Part shown: positions 10,174-20,116 of the stretch, piece by piece
Position numbering within the stretch: position 1 is the stretch's first letter
Layout of the letters: each line of letters begins with the position of its first letter
DNA from: Bdellovibrionales bacterium
Lineage (GTDB): Bacteria; Bdellovibrionota; Bdellovibrionia; Bdellovibrionales; CAYMLA01
Direction: 5' to 3'
Assembly (NCBI GenBank): GCA_965217115.1
Contig: OZ244239.1
Location: 1,792,001-1,856,000, forward strand
DNA length: 64,000 nt
Notes under the pieces: model-generated
What the model saw: the letters and a program-made list of their open reading frames with translations, nothing else
Database searches by the model: none
Told to the model about the DNA's origin: nothing
Made by a program: the position numbers and the translations under genes

Positions 10174-10183
10174 GACGAAGCTT

Positions 10184-10681
10184 TTATTGATCTTGTTGTA
10201 GAGAAGGAAGTTGCTGTGGAAACTGAGCTGTTGTTTTTTTCTCTCGTTGCAGACTTTCAACAAACTCGTTCACATCTTGGAAAGTCTTATACACACTAGC
10301 GAAACGAACATAAGCAACACCATCGAGGCGACGAAGTTCGTTCATGACCTGATGTCCAACATCTTGGGAGGATATTTCTTTTTCACCAATATTTAAGGCC
10401 CAGCTAGCAATGTTCTCAACGACTGTTTCCATTTGCGCTAAACTGATGGGTCGTTTTTGACAAGCCATTTGGATTCCTTTATAGATTTTCTCTTTCATAA
10501 AGGGTTCTTTTTCGTTCGTTTTTTTCATGATGTAGGGATAGGCGAGCATTAAAACTTCTTGGGTTGTAAAGCGTCCTTTACATGAAAGACATTCACGGCG
10601 GCGTTTTATTATTCCACCATCTTTCTGTGCCCTTGTATCTAGTACTCTATCTTCGATATGGCCGCAAAATGGACATTTCAT
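10184..10681 (-). CDS. nrdR: Transcriptional repressor NrdR
   Basis: MKCPFC, RRRECxxC, AYVRFASVY. Confidence 0.96.
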   Translation of the reverse strand: MKCPFCGHIEDRVLDTRAQKDGGIIKRRRECLSCKGRFTTQEVLMLAYPYIMKKTNEKEPFMKEKIYKGIQMACQKRPISLAQMETVVENIASWALNIGEKEISSQDVGHQVMNELRRLDGVAYVRFASVYKTFQDVNEFVESLQREKKTTAQFPQQLPSLQQDQ

Positions 10682-10890
10682 GGAATCCTCCCAGGATGAG
10701 CTGTGTCAATTTATGGGATAGGAGCAGACAGGTCAATGCTAAGAACATAATGCATAGAGTTATTTGCTATTCAGGTGATACTCTCAAAGAGAGGTCTGAA
10801 GTATGGAAGCAATAGCATCTAGAGTGTGAACGTGATACCTAAGGAAAGCTGAATAGTTACAATAAAATAATAGGTGGAGAGGTAGGGATC

Positions 10891-11520
10891 TTGAAAAGTT
10901 GTATTCTTTTTATTTTGAGTGCTGTCATGGGAGTTTTCTTTAACGTGTCTGCTGTTGCGGAAAGTAGGAAGCCACTTGTAGGTAAAAAGGCGGCACAGAA
11001 ATATTTTCAAAGCGATGTTCAAGACAGAGAGCGGTTAGGAAATGGAGAGAGATATTTTAATATACATTTAGGAGGGTTTACAGATTCTGTAAGCTATGCT
11101 TGGAATGGGCAAAGAAAGGTTGAGGGGTTAGGTCGAAGGAATTACGGTGTCACTTATCTTTTAGATAATTGGACGCGAGGGATGGACCTCTCTTTGCGTG
11201 TAGAGTTAACTTCTTTCTATCTTGAGGAAGAAGATATTTTAAAGATGTCTCTGTTGCCATTGATAACATTTCCTCAATTTAAAACAGGTTTTCCTCTTTA
11301 TTTAGGGTTTGGAATTGGGCCGGGAGTATTTTTTAAACAACTTTCTGAGTCGTCAAATTTATCTTTAGATTATCAACTAGTATTTGGTGTTCGCATGATT
11401 GATGTTCTAGGGAGTATGGGCTTCTTTGTAGAGTCGGGACTAAAAAATCATCTTCATTTATTGTCTGAAGGGCAATTCAATGGGCTCTTTGTATCAATCG
11501 GGGCCGTATTTACGTTTTGA
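10891..11520 (+). CDS. Putative outer-membrane beta-barrel protein
   Basis: Signal peptide, alternating amphipathic strands, C-terminal Phe. Confidence 0.6.
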   Translation: MKSCILFILSAVMGVFFNVSAVAESRKPLVGKKAAQKYFQSDVQDRERLGNGERYFNIHLGGFTDSVSYAWNGQRKVEGLGRRNYGVTYLLDNWTRGMDLSLRVELTSFYLEEEDILKMSLLPLITFPQFKTGFPLYLGFGIGPGVFFKQLSESSNLSLDYQLVFGVRMIDVLGSMGFFVESGLKNHLHLLSEGQFNGLFVSIGAVFTF

Positions 11521-11532
11521 AGCTATGTTTAG

Positions 11533-12771
11533 TTGGAGGTCATTTTGAGGTTACATCGCCATTTGGTGCGTGAAGTAGCTCAGACTTTGAAAGTTATCTT
11601 TTCAGAGAGAATTTATGCAGATAAGGCTATTGAAAAAGCGTTTTATCAGCATAAAAAATGGGGAGCAAGGGATCGGCGTTTTTTTGCTGAGACAGTTTAT
11701 GAGCTTGTGCGTTGGTGGCGCTACTATTGGGCGATACTTGAGGATCAACTGGATTTAGAAGAAGAAAATTCCTTGGAAGGTGTGTACCGTGTTTTGGCTT
11801 GCTGGTGGTTGTCTAAGGGAAACACACTACCCGATTGGGAAGAGTTTGCCGAGGCTATAAAGTGGGAAAAGATAGATAGTCATGTTCATCAACTAGCTAG
11901 TGAGTTTTCAAGGGCGGATCGAGAGTCTATTCCTCTGTGGCTAGATCAATTGGGTGAGCAGGAGTTAGGAGATCGATGGCCTGATATTTTGCGAAGTATG
12001 AACCGTCCAGCCAAAGTGTATTTGCGTACGAATGAGCTTCGCACAACTCCAGAGATTTTACAGGAAAGGTTGCAGTCGGAAGGAGTTGAAACTGAGAGGC
12101 TTGATGATGTTGCTGGTGGGCTTGTTCTCACTGAGCGCAAGAATGTTTTTATCACTGAGGTATTTAAAAAAGGTTTCTTTGAAGTTCAAGATGGAGCTTC
12201 ACAGATGATAGCACCTTTTTTGCAAGTTTCTCCAGGGATGAGAGTGGTGGATGCTTGCGCGGGTGCGGGTGGAAAGTCATTGCATTTGGCTCAGTTACTA
12301 GAAAATCGAGGTCGATTAATTTGTATGGATATCTATGAAAGAAAACTTGTTGAACTAAGAAGGAGAGTTCGACGCGCAGGTGTGACGGTGAGTGATGTGC
12401 GTTTGATTGATGGCACGAAAGTTATTAAACGATTATATGATTCTGCAGATAGGGTTTTGTTAGATGTGCCCTGCTCGGGCTTGGGGGTTTTACGGCGTAA
12501 TCCTGATAGCAAATGGAAGTTAGAGAAAGAGAGAGTCACAGAGTTGCAAGAGTTACAATCAGATATTTTACGTCGTTATTCAAAGATGGTAAAAAAGGGT
12601 GGGAAGCTAGTTTATGCGACTTGTAGTGTGCTTCCTTCCGAGAATGAGAGACAAATAGAGAGTTTTGTGAAAGAGCAACCAGAATGGGAAGTTGAGGAGT
12701 TTTTAAGACTTGATCCTGATAAGACTGATTTTGATGGTTTCTTTGCCTGTCGCTTGAAGAGAGATTTGTAG
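11533..12771 (+). CDS. RsmB/NOP-family RNA m5C methyltransferase
   Basis: VQDGASQ, DACAGAGGKS, DVPCSG, YATCS. Confidence 0.92.
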   Translation: MEVILRLHRHLVREVAQTLKVIFSERIYADKAIEKAFYQHKKWGARDRRFFAETVYELVRWWRYYWAILEDQLDLEEENSLEGVYRVLACWWLSKGNTLPDWEEFAEAIKWEKIDSHVHQLASEFSRADRESIPLWLDQLGEQELGDRWPDILRSMNRPAKVYLRTNELRTTPEILQERLQSEGVETERLDDVAGGLVLTERKNVFITEVFKKGFFEVQDGASQMIAPFLQVSPGMRVVDACAGAGGKSLHLAQLLENRGRLICMDIYERKLVELRRRVRRAGVTVSDVRLIDGTKVIKRLYDSADRVLLDVPCSGLGVLRRNPDSKWKLEKERVTELQELQSDILRRYSKMVKKGGKLVYATCSVLPSENERQIESFVKEQPEWEVEEFLRLDPDKTDFDGFFACRLKRDL

Positions 12772-12816
12772 CTGATTTTTCTTGCTCTGGTGTCATAAAT
12801 CGGTCACAACCAATTT

Positions 12817-13596
12817 ATGAATATTGAGTATATCAGAGTTATATTCTTTTTAGGTGGTTTCACTGTCTTCTTTTTTTGGGGGTGTTTATTTCCATTTAGA
12901 GAGCCTCAAGCAGAGGACCGCTTACGTTGGTTCAATAATATTTTTTTAACATTGTTTAATACGCTTGTGATTAAGATATTCTTTGGTGTCTTCTTGCTGC
13001 AAACGATCCAATGGAATTTAGAACATAATTTACCTGTTGTGAATCTGTCATCTTTACCAGTGTGGTTGAACGTCATGCTCTCTGTTTTGATTTTTGATTT
13101 TGTTATTTACTGGCAGCATCTATTTTTCCACAGAGTTCCTTGGCTTTGGAAATTGCATCGAGTGCATCATACGGATACAAATTACGACACGACGACAGCA
13201 CTTAGATTCCATACGATTGAAATAATCCTATCTATTTTTGTGAAGGCAGGAGTTGTTTTGTTTTTTGGTATGTCTATGTGGAGTGTCATTGTTTTTGAGG
13301 TTTTATTGAATTTCAGTGCGATGTTTAATCACGGAAACTTTTCTTTAAATATATCTGTAGATAGAATGTTAAGAAAATTAATTGTGACACCTGAATTCCA
13401 TCGAGTTCACCATACAAATCATCCTGAGGAGATAAATTCTAATTATGGATTTTGCCTATCTATATGGGATTATTTATTTATGAGCTATCGTTATAAACCT
13501 TATAAAGAACAATTAAAAATGAAAATGGGGCTCGATTCTTTCCGTAGTCGGAAGAGCCAGGGTTTTTTACGATTACTTCGCCAGCCTTTTGCCTGA
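12817..13596 (+). CDS. Sterol desaturase/fatty acid hydroxylase family protein
   Basis: His boxes YWQH..FH, HRVHH, FNH, HRVHH. Confidence 0.9.
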   Translation: MNIEYIRVIFFLGGFTVFFFWGCLFPFREPQAEDRLRWFNNIFLTLFNTLVIKIFFGVFLLQTIQWNLEHNLPVVNLSSLPVWLNVMLSVLIFDFVIYWQHLFFHRVPWLWKLHRVHHTDTNYDTTTALRFHTIEIILSIFVKAGVVLFFGMSMWSVIVFEVLLNFSAMFNHGNFSLNISVDRMLRKLIVTPEFHRVHHTNHPEEINSNYGFCLSIWDYLFMSYRYKPYKEQLKMKMGLDSFRSRKSQGFLRLLRQPFA

Positions 13597-13716
13597 GTGG
13601 TTTAAGACGATAGGACTATGAAAAAATTACAAAGAAGGGTTGGAGACCTAACGAGGCCTTTTTTATTGATATTCTACCGCAAGAAGATTATTCAGGTTTA
13701 AGTTTACGGGGGGAAA

Positions 13717-14379
13717 ATGAGGGCATCACTCTTTGCGTATTTTTACATAGTGAGCTGTTTTTTCTGTGTTATTCAAACTCAGGGTTATGAGATTAACGGC
13801 ATAGAAAAACGGGATATAAATTCTTTGACTATTAAAAATGGTCAAATTGTTTTGGGTGAGTACAGTGGGGAAGTAGAACGTCACTTTAGCGATAGTTTTA
13901 CGGGTGAAGGACAAATAAAAAAATGCTCCTCTGGAATCAATTTAGATTTTAGTGACGGTTTTATCAATTATTGGTATGGCATATTTTGTGAAGAAGTCAA
14001 TGAGTTAACTTTTCGTTTACAGCAGGTTGGGGAAGATCTATTTCTAGTAAATGAGTTTGATCGTCGAAAGAAACTTGTTGGAAAGAGAGTGGGCTTAAAA
14101 TACGCTATTAGTTTTGACTGGGTTAGGCATCGAGATTTTTCTTGGAATCCAAGAGAGGAGTCTTCTGCTTGTCAAAGTAAGATTGTTAGGGTCGCACTTA
14201 AAGAAAGGGTGTCTTATGTATTTGATTTATCAGTGGAGGGAAAAATTAAGTACGAAAGTTATTTCGAGAAGGAATACCTCCCATATTTACAAATTAACGA
14301 ATGCTGGGATGGCAGTGAAGCTGAACGCTTTGTTTATAAGAAAGGGCAAAAGGATATAGGAGAGTTGTTTAAAAAATGA
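13717..14379 (+). CDS. Hypothetical exported protein
   Basis: 220-aa ORF, GGGGG RBS, N-terminal hydrophobic stretch. Confidence 0.6.
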   Translation: MRASLFAYFYIVSCFFCVIQTQGYEINGIEKRDINSLTIKNGQIVLGEYSGEVERHFSDSFTGEGQIKKCSSGINLDFSDGFINYWYGIFCEEVNELTFRLQQVGEDLFLVNEFDRRKKLVGKRVGLKYAISFDWVRHRDFSWNPREESSACQSKIVRVALKERVSYVFDLSVEGKIKYESYFEKEYLPYLQINECWDGSEAERFVYKKGQKDIGELFKK

Positions 14380-15125
14380 TGGAAGAATCTTATTCCTTTG
14401 ATAGACGTGAAAAGGTGTTTCTTGTTTTAGCAGCTTTTTTTCTTGGCTCAATGACTATGCTAAATGTTGTGGGGATCACACGTTTTATACAGTTGGGCCC
14501 CCTAGCTTTAGCTGTAGGAGTTTTGCCCTATCCTTTGACTTTTTTGTGTACGGATTTAGTGAGTGAACTCTACGGTAGGAAGCGAGCTACCTTTTTAGTT
14601 TGGGTGGGGTTGGCGCTGAATATTTTTGTTATTTTGATGATGTATCTTGGGGATATCTTACCCGATGTTGCTGAGAGCAATATGCCACCATGGCAAAGAA
14701 TCTTTGTTGCCAAGCCTATTGCCCTACCAACGGGAGAGGTGATAGAGGGGCAAACTCAGTTGTTCCATATGATTTATGCCTGTACAGCAGGCTCTATCTT
14801 TGCTTCTATGGTTGCATATTTGACGGCTCAATTTTGTGATGTACAACTATTTCATTTCTGGAAGAGGGTGACAAAGGGAAAACATTTATGGTTGCGAAAT
14901 AATCTAAGCACCTTAGTAAGTCAATTGGTCGACTCCTTTGCAGTTATAAGCATTACCTTTGGAGCGATTTTTTTGCGAGGAGAGATGGAACTAGCTGCTG
15001 TTCTAACACTTATGGGAAGTAATTATTTATTTAAAATGGTGGCCGCGTTACTAGATACTATCCCTTTTTATTTTTGCGTACATTATCTCTCTGGCTACCT
15101 ATCAATTAAAGAAAGTCAGAATTAA
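14376..15125 (+). CDS. Queuosine precursor transporter (YhhQ/Vut_1 family)
   Basis: YPLTFLCTDLVSELYG, WLRNNLSTLVSQLVDS, LDTIPFY. Confidence 0.9.
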   Translation: MMEESYSFDRREKVFLVLAAFFLGSMTMLNVVGITRFIQLGPLALAVGVLPYPLTFLCTDLVSELYGRKRATFLVWVGLALNIFVILMMYLGDILPDVAESNMPPWQRIFVAKPIALPTGEVIEGQTQLFHMIYACTAGSIFASMVAYLTAQFCDVQLFHFWKRVTKGKHLWLRNNLSTLVSQLVDSFAVISITFGAIFLRGEMELAAVLTLMGSNYLFKMVAALLDTIPFYFCVHYLSGYLSIKESQN

Positions 15126-15492
15126 AGGCGTGGGGTAGCAATTTTTGTAAAGAGTATGTTTTTTTATCCCCTTGAGTAGAGTGACAGTGGATGGGAGTGT
15201 CTGGTTGAGCAAACTCTACAATAGTTTGGCGGCACATACCACAGGGAGGCCATGCTTCTTTTCCGTCTGTAACGATGAGGATTTCTACGATATTTTTTTG
15301 TCCCTTAGCCACAGCTTGGCAAATGGCATTGCGTTCGGCACAGATGGTGGCTCCGTAGGAGGCGTTTTCGACATTGCATCCGCTAAAGACACCTCCATCG
15401 TCAGTCCGTACGGCAGCGCCGACAAGACATTGGCTGTAGGGGGCGTGGGCATTTTTTTTGGCTTCGAGGGCTGCTTGGAGTAGATCTTCCAT
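15106..15492 (-). CDS. cdd: Cytidine deaminase
   Basis: APYS, NVENASY, CAE, PCGMCRQ. Confidence 0.95.
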   Translation of the reverse strand: MEDLLQAALEAKKNAHAPYSQCLVGAAVRTDDGGVFSGCNVENASYGATICAERNAICQAVAKGQKNIVEILIVTDGKEAWPPCGMCRQTIVEFAQPDTPIHCHSTQGDKKTYSLQKLLPHAFNSDFL

Positions 15493-15502
15493 GGGGGCTC
15501 CT

Positions 15503-16084
15503 TTAAGGAATTTGATATCCTAAGTTTATAAGAACTTGGGTGAGTTGAATCAGGGGAATACCCATGATCGCCGATTGGTCTTGGCTGTCAATATTTTCAA
15601 AGAGAGTGATGCCTGATTTTTCGAGTTTATAAGATCCAGCACAATTAAAGGGTTGATCGAGATCGAGATACCGTTTTAGAGATGCCTCATCTAAGGGTCT
15701 CATTTTTAGAGATGTTATATCGCTAAAGACTTGCTGATTTTGTGGTGAGAGAACAGCGATGGAGGTGATGAGCTTGTGGGTTTGTCCTGAAAGGAGGAGA
15801 AGCTGTTTTAGAGCTGTTTCTGGGGACATAGGTTTGTCGAGTATTTCATTGTCTATGTGAGCCAGTTGATCACCACCAATGACACAGGAGTTTGGATGAA
15901 GGTGAAAAATTTTTTTAGCCTTGGCCAAGGCGAGTGATTCGGCGATCTCTAGTGGAGAGGTGTGTTTTTTTTTGAAAGAAGACTCTTCGAGATGGGGATT
16001 GACACAGGTAAATGGAATATTAAGCCTCTTGAGAAGTGTTTTTCTGTAGGGAGATTGGCTGGCTAGGATAAGGGAGTAGGACAT
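15503..16084 (-). CDS. maf: Maf-family nucleoside triphosphate pyrophosphatase (YceF-like)
   Basis: LILASQSPYR, GGDQ, KP, CAGSYKLE. Confidence 0.9.
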   Translation of the reverse strand: MSYSLILASQSPYRKTLLKRLNIPFTCVNPHLEESSFKKKHTSPLEIAESLALAKAKKIFHLHPNSCVIGGDQLAHIDNEILDKPMSPETALKQLLLLSGQTHKLITSIAVLSPQNQQVFSDITSLKMRPLDEASLKRYLDLDQPFNCAGSYKLEKSGITLFENIDSQDQSAIMGIPLIQLTQVLINLGYQIP

Positions 16085-16168
16085 ACATTTTCTTATCAAG
16101 TGCCAGGGCTGTTGTCCCTTCTTACATGAAATAACACGCCGCGTAAAAGCATAACACAGTGGCCCAAT

Positions 16169-17134
16169 TTGGTTATCTCTGCTAACGTCTGCGGCTTTAC
16201 AATGGATGTTTGTGCGATGTTGATGGAAATGCCAGATATAGCAAGGCAAAAGGAAGTCGTCCTAGTTGGAGCTTTAGATAAAGTGGGGATGACGAATATA
16301 GAGATCCCTTTGCGTTTTCTTAATAGCTCGAATCAGGAACTATTGACTCCTGCAAGTTGCGATATTTTTGTCTCTTTGGATGATCCTAATGCTAGGGGAA
16401 TTCATATGTCGCGGCTTTACTTGTCTTTGAGTGAAACTCTTGCGGAGAAACCCTTAAGTTTTAAGATTTTAAAAAATCTATTGATTGAGTTTAAGAGGAG
16501 CCATGAGAGCGTTAGTCAGAGTAGTTACATAAAAATTAATTTTAACTTAATGGAGCGTAGGTCTGCATTAAAAAGTAAGAATAGTGGCTGGAGATCCTAC
16601 CCAGTCGAATATAGAGCGAGTTATGAGAAAGGTGTATTTACCTATGAAATTCAGACAGAGGTTATCTATTCTAGCACGTGTCCCTGTTCGGCGGCTCTAT
16701 CTCGCCAAATTATTCAGAAAAATTTCTTGAAGCATTTTACATCAGATCAAGTGAGTATTGAAGATGTTCATCAATGGCTGGGAAGTTCTAAGGGCATTAA
16801 TGCAACACCTCATAGTCAAAGAAGTCATGCGACTGTTCTTATTAAAATTTCTGATGCAGAGGTTGATATCAGACCTATAGATTTGATTAATGTTATTGAG
16901 AAGATTTTGAAGACTCCAGTGCAAACAGTGGTTAAGCGAGAGGATGAGCAAGAATTTGCACGTTTAAATGGAGAGAACCTAATGTTCTGTGAAGATGCTG
17001 GAAGAAGAGTAAAGAAAATGCTCGATCAAGATCAGCGTATTGTTGATTATCGCGTACAAATTAATCATGCTGAGAGTTTACACCCCCATGATGCTGTAAG
17101 TATTGTGACTAAAGGGATTGGCTATCGCTCTTAA
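16169..17134 (+). CDS. folE2: GTP cyclohydrolase IB; true start probably 30-60 nt downstream
   Basis: RGIHMSR, STCPCS, PHSQRS, FCEDA, ESLHPHDA. Confidence 0.93.
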   Translation: MVISANVCGFTMDVCAMLMEMPDIARQKEVVLVGALDKVGMTNIEIPLRFLNSSNQELLTPASCDIFVSLDDPNARGIHMSRLYLSLSETLAEKPLSFKILKNLLIEFKRSHESVSQSSYIKINFNLMERRSALKSKNSGWRSYPVEYRASYEKGVFTYEIQTEVIYSSTCPCSAALSRQIIQKNFLKHFTSDQVSIEDVHQWLGSSKGINATPHSQRSHATVLIKISDAEVDIRPIDLINVIEKILKTPVQTVVKREDEQEFARLNGENLMFCEDAGRRVKKMLDQDQRIVDYRVQINHAESLHPHDAVSIVTKGIGYRS

Positions 17135-17148
17135 ACTCTCGATAATGA

Positions 17149-17191
17149 CTTAAGCGTGTTTCAAAAGAATTTATTTTAAAACACGCCTAAG
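17149..17191. terminator. Imperfect hairpin between convergent genes, possible bidirectional terminator
   Basis: CTTAAGCGTGTTTCAAAA...TTTTAAAACACGCCTAAG. Confidence 0.45.
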
Positions 17192-17221
17192 CTGCTACAA
17201 GAAATGACTGCCTTTGAAAAA

Positions 17222-18499
17222 TCAAATAGTTATAGTTGCGGGAAACAATTCATCTATGTTTATTTTATAGGATTTTATACGATCGTTTAATGTACTCTTA
17301 GGCAGTCCCAATGCTGCGGCTGTTTGTCGCTGGTTTCCTCTGTTGGCTTTAAGGAATTTCAGGATCATTTTTTTCTCCATTTGCTTAATAATGGATAAGC
17401 CGTTCTTCTTATCAAATCCTTCTTTGAGTGATGGGGATTCGATGTTTTCTTTGAAGCATCTGTCAATCAATGAAGGAATGTGTTCTTTGAGGACACGTTT
17501 TTCCTTGTAAAGGGCTGAAGCCCTTAGAATCGTATTTTTTAACTCACGAATGTTTCCGGGCCAAGAGTGTTTTTTTAACTCTTCTATCGCGTCATGTGAA
17601 AAACAGGCGTGGTTATTTTTGCAAAATTGAAATAGCAGAGATTCAAAGTCCTCCATACGTTCGATCAATGATGGAGGCGTGATTTGTAGAATGGCTAAAC
17701 GGTAGTACAGATCTGCACGAAAAGTTCCCTGTTGTACTTTTTTCTGTAGATTCTGATGGGTGGCTGCGAGAATACGAGTGTCTGTTGTAATAGAATGATC
17801 GCTGCCGACGGGTTTGATTTCTTGGTTTTCAAGGGCTCTAAGAAGTTTTGCCTGTAGATTGGGAGAGAGATCACCTATTTCATCGAGAAAAAGAGTGCCG
17901 TTACGAGCCGTTTCAAAAGCTCCTTTGCGATCACCCGTGGCACCAGTGAAGCTTCCCCTAACATGACCAAAGAGTTCGCTTTCGATAAGAGACTCAGATA
18001 AGGCGCAGCAGTTGACGCTGATAAAAGGGCCTTTTTTTCTTGGAGAAAGACGGTGTATTTCATTGGCTAGAATATCTTTTCCTGTCCCAGATGGACCGAG
18101 AAGAAGAATGGAAAAATTATTATCAGCTAATCGTGGCAGGGAGAGTAGCTGCTCCTGCCATTTTTGATTGTGACTAGATAATTGACATTCGGGGAGTTTT
18201 CGAGTGTGAAAGGAGAGAGTTTGTTCTCCTATTTGTATAGAGTCTCCGTGGTGTAGGTGGGCCTCTAAAATTTGAGTTCCATTGACGTAGGTTCCTGTGG
18301 CAGAGCGAAGATCACGAATAATAAAACCCTGGGGTTTTGCCTCAATTCTCGCGTGCCTTGGAGAGACAGAGCTGTCTTCGTCAAAGGACAGTTGATTGAT
18401 GGGGTCTTGCCCGATGGTGAACAATTCAGAGATTGAGAGGCATTCTTTTTTTCTGTCCTGATTCCAGATGAGGACTGGGGTATTACTTTCTTTTTGCAT
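17222..18499 (-). CDS. FHA-domain sigma54-dependent transcriptional activator
   Basis: FHA (SPRH, S..GTYVNG), GPSGTGK, GSFTGA, LFLDEIG, WPGNIREL, Fis-type HTH. Confidence 0.92.
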   Translation of the reverse strand: MQKESNTPVLIWNQDRKKECLSISELFTIGQDPINQLSFDEDSSVSPRHARIEAKPQGFIIRDLRSATGTYVNGTQILEAHLHHGDSIQIGEQTLSFHTRKLPECQLSSHNQKWQEQLLSLPRLADNNFSILLLGPSGTGKDILANEIHRLSPRKKGPFISVNCCALSESLIESELFGHVRGSFTGATGDRKGAFETARNGTLFLDEIGDLSPNLQAKLLRALENQEIKPVGSDHSITTDTRILAATHQNLQKKVQQGTFRADLYYRLAILQITPPSLIERMEDFESLLFQFCKNNHACFSHDAIEELKKHSWPGNIRELKNTILRASALYKEKRVLKEHIPSLIDRCFKENIESPSLKEGFDKKNGLSIIKQMEKKMILKFLKANRGNQRQTAAALGLPKSTLNDRIKSYKINIDELFPATITI

Positions 18500-18735
18500 G
18501 GGATCTCCTTGGTATCAAAAATTAGTAGGTTTTGTGAATGTTCTTAAGGATTGAGCTAACCAAGATTGATGCCAGCCTATTGCCCGCCTTAATAGACTCA
18601 AATGTAAATAAATGCTGTCTCAGAGAGAGGAGGTCATTGTAAAATCTATGTGTCTAGAATGCTGGTCTTAAAATATGGAAAAGATGTTTGAAAAACACTT
18701 TAAGTGTATGTTATATCCAGGAAAATGGGATTTGT

Positions 18736-19314
18736 ATGAAGCTGACTTTTGTAACCAGTGCCACCGATCCTAGGGGTTACCCTGAGGATTCTCGCCCCGA
18801 GATTGCCATTACTGGACGCTCGAATGCGGGGAAGTCTTCTCTGATCAACGCTATTGCAGGAAAGCCTATTGCTAAAGTGAGTTCCACACCAGGAAAGACT
18901 CGTCTGCTTAATTTTTTCAATGTGGGTGAGCATTATCGCCTTGTGGACATGCCAGGTTATGGTTATGCAGCTAGGGAGCAGGGAGAGGTGCACGATTGGC
19001 AGAAAATGATTGAGAGTTTCTTTTCTGTGCGTTTTCAATTAAAAGGCATGGTTTTAGTGATGGATATACGTCGACCTTGGAGTGAGGATGAACAAAATTT
19101 AGTGGATTGGGTGAATCAGTGTGGAGTCTCCACTTATGTGGTTTTGACCAAGATGGATAAATTGAGAAAGGGCCCCATCAAGCAAGCCGTTGAAAAACTA
19201 AAAAATGAAAAGATAAATTATGTGCATGCACTGTCGTCATTAAGTCGAACAGGAGTTGCTGAATTTGAAAAACAAATATTTGAGTTATGGATTAAAGAGG
19301 GGTTAGAGAAGTGA
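18736..19314 (+). CDS. engB: GTP-binding protein EngB/YihA
   Basis: GRSNAGKS, PGKT, DMPGYG, TKMDK. Confidence 0.95.
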   Translation: MKLTFVTSATDPRGYPEDSRPEIAITGRSNAGKSSLINAIAGKPIAKVSSTPGKTRLLNFFNVGEHYRLVDMPGYGYAAREQGEVHDWQKMIESFFSVRFQLKGMVLVMDIRRPWSEDEQNLVDWVNQCGVSTYVVLTKMDKLRKGPIKQAVEKLKNEKINYVHALSSLSRTGVAEFEKQIFELWIKEGLEK

Positions 19315-20078
19315 GTGTGCAAAATAAAAAAGTCATAGGAGTTATTCCCGCTCGTTATGGTTCTACTCGTTTTCCTGGAAAGCCTTTAGCATTAATAAAT
19401 GGCAAACCTCTTTTACAGTGGGTGATCGAAGGAGTGCAGAGCAGTGAGATTATAAAATCATTTATTGTGGCAACAGACGATCAGCGTATTATTCACTTGG
19501 TTGAAGAATTGGGGGGAAATTATAATAATTTAGAAGCAGTTATGACAGATCATGATTTACCGACAGGAACAGATCGAGTGTGGCAAGCAGCTAAAAATAT
19601 TGATTGTGATGTTGTTGTAAACATTCAGGGAGATGAACCTTTAATACGTGGAGACATCATTGATCAGCTCTGCCAGCCTTTTTTGAAAAAAGAAAATTTG
19701 GATATGGCGACATTGGGTCGAGAATTCACAACAGTGGAAGAAGTGGAGTCTGTGAATACGGCAAAAATCGTTTTGAACCAATATGGGGAGGCGGTTTATT
19801 TCAGCCGTTACCCTATTCCCTATTCTCGTGAGAAACTTTCCTCTGACGGAAAACTCGGAGGATGTTTAAAGCATATAGGTATGTATGCTTATAGTAAGAG
19901 TTTTTTACAAAAATTTTGTAAACAAGAACCTGTGGCTATGGAAAAGCTTGAGGGATTAGAACAATTGCGAGCTTTGCACTTAGGAGCTAAAATTGAAGTG
20001 GTTCGTGTAGATTCAGATAGTTGGGGAGTAGATACTCTTGAAGATATAAATAAAATAGAAAATTTAATGTTAACTTAA
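19311..20078 (+). CDS. kdsB: 3-deoxy-manno-octulosonate cytidylyltransferase
   Basis: IPARYGSTRFPGKPL, NIQGDEP, LEQLRAL. Confidence 0.96.
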   Translation: MSVQNKKVIGVIPARYGSTRFPGKPLALINGKPLLQWVIEGVQSSEIIKSFIVATDDQRIIHLVEELGGNYNNLEAVMTDHDLPTGTDRVWQAAKNIDCDVVVNIQGDEPLIRGDIIDQLCQPFLKKENLDMATLGREFTTVEEVESVNTAKIVLNQYGEAVYFSRYPIPYSREKLSSDGKLGGCLKHIGMYAYSKSFLQKFCKQEPVAMEKLEGLEQLRALHLGAKIEVVRVDSDSWGVDTLEDINKIENLMLT

Positions 20079-20116
20079 TTTTTTAGATTTAACTTGAGAA
20101 AGGGAAAAATTCTACT

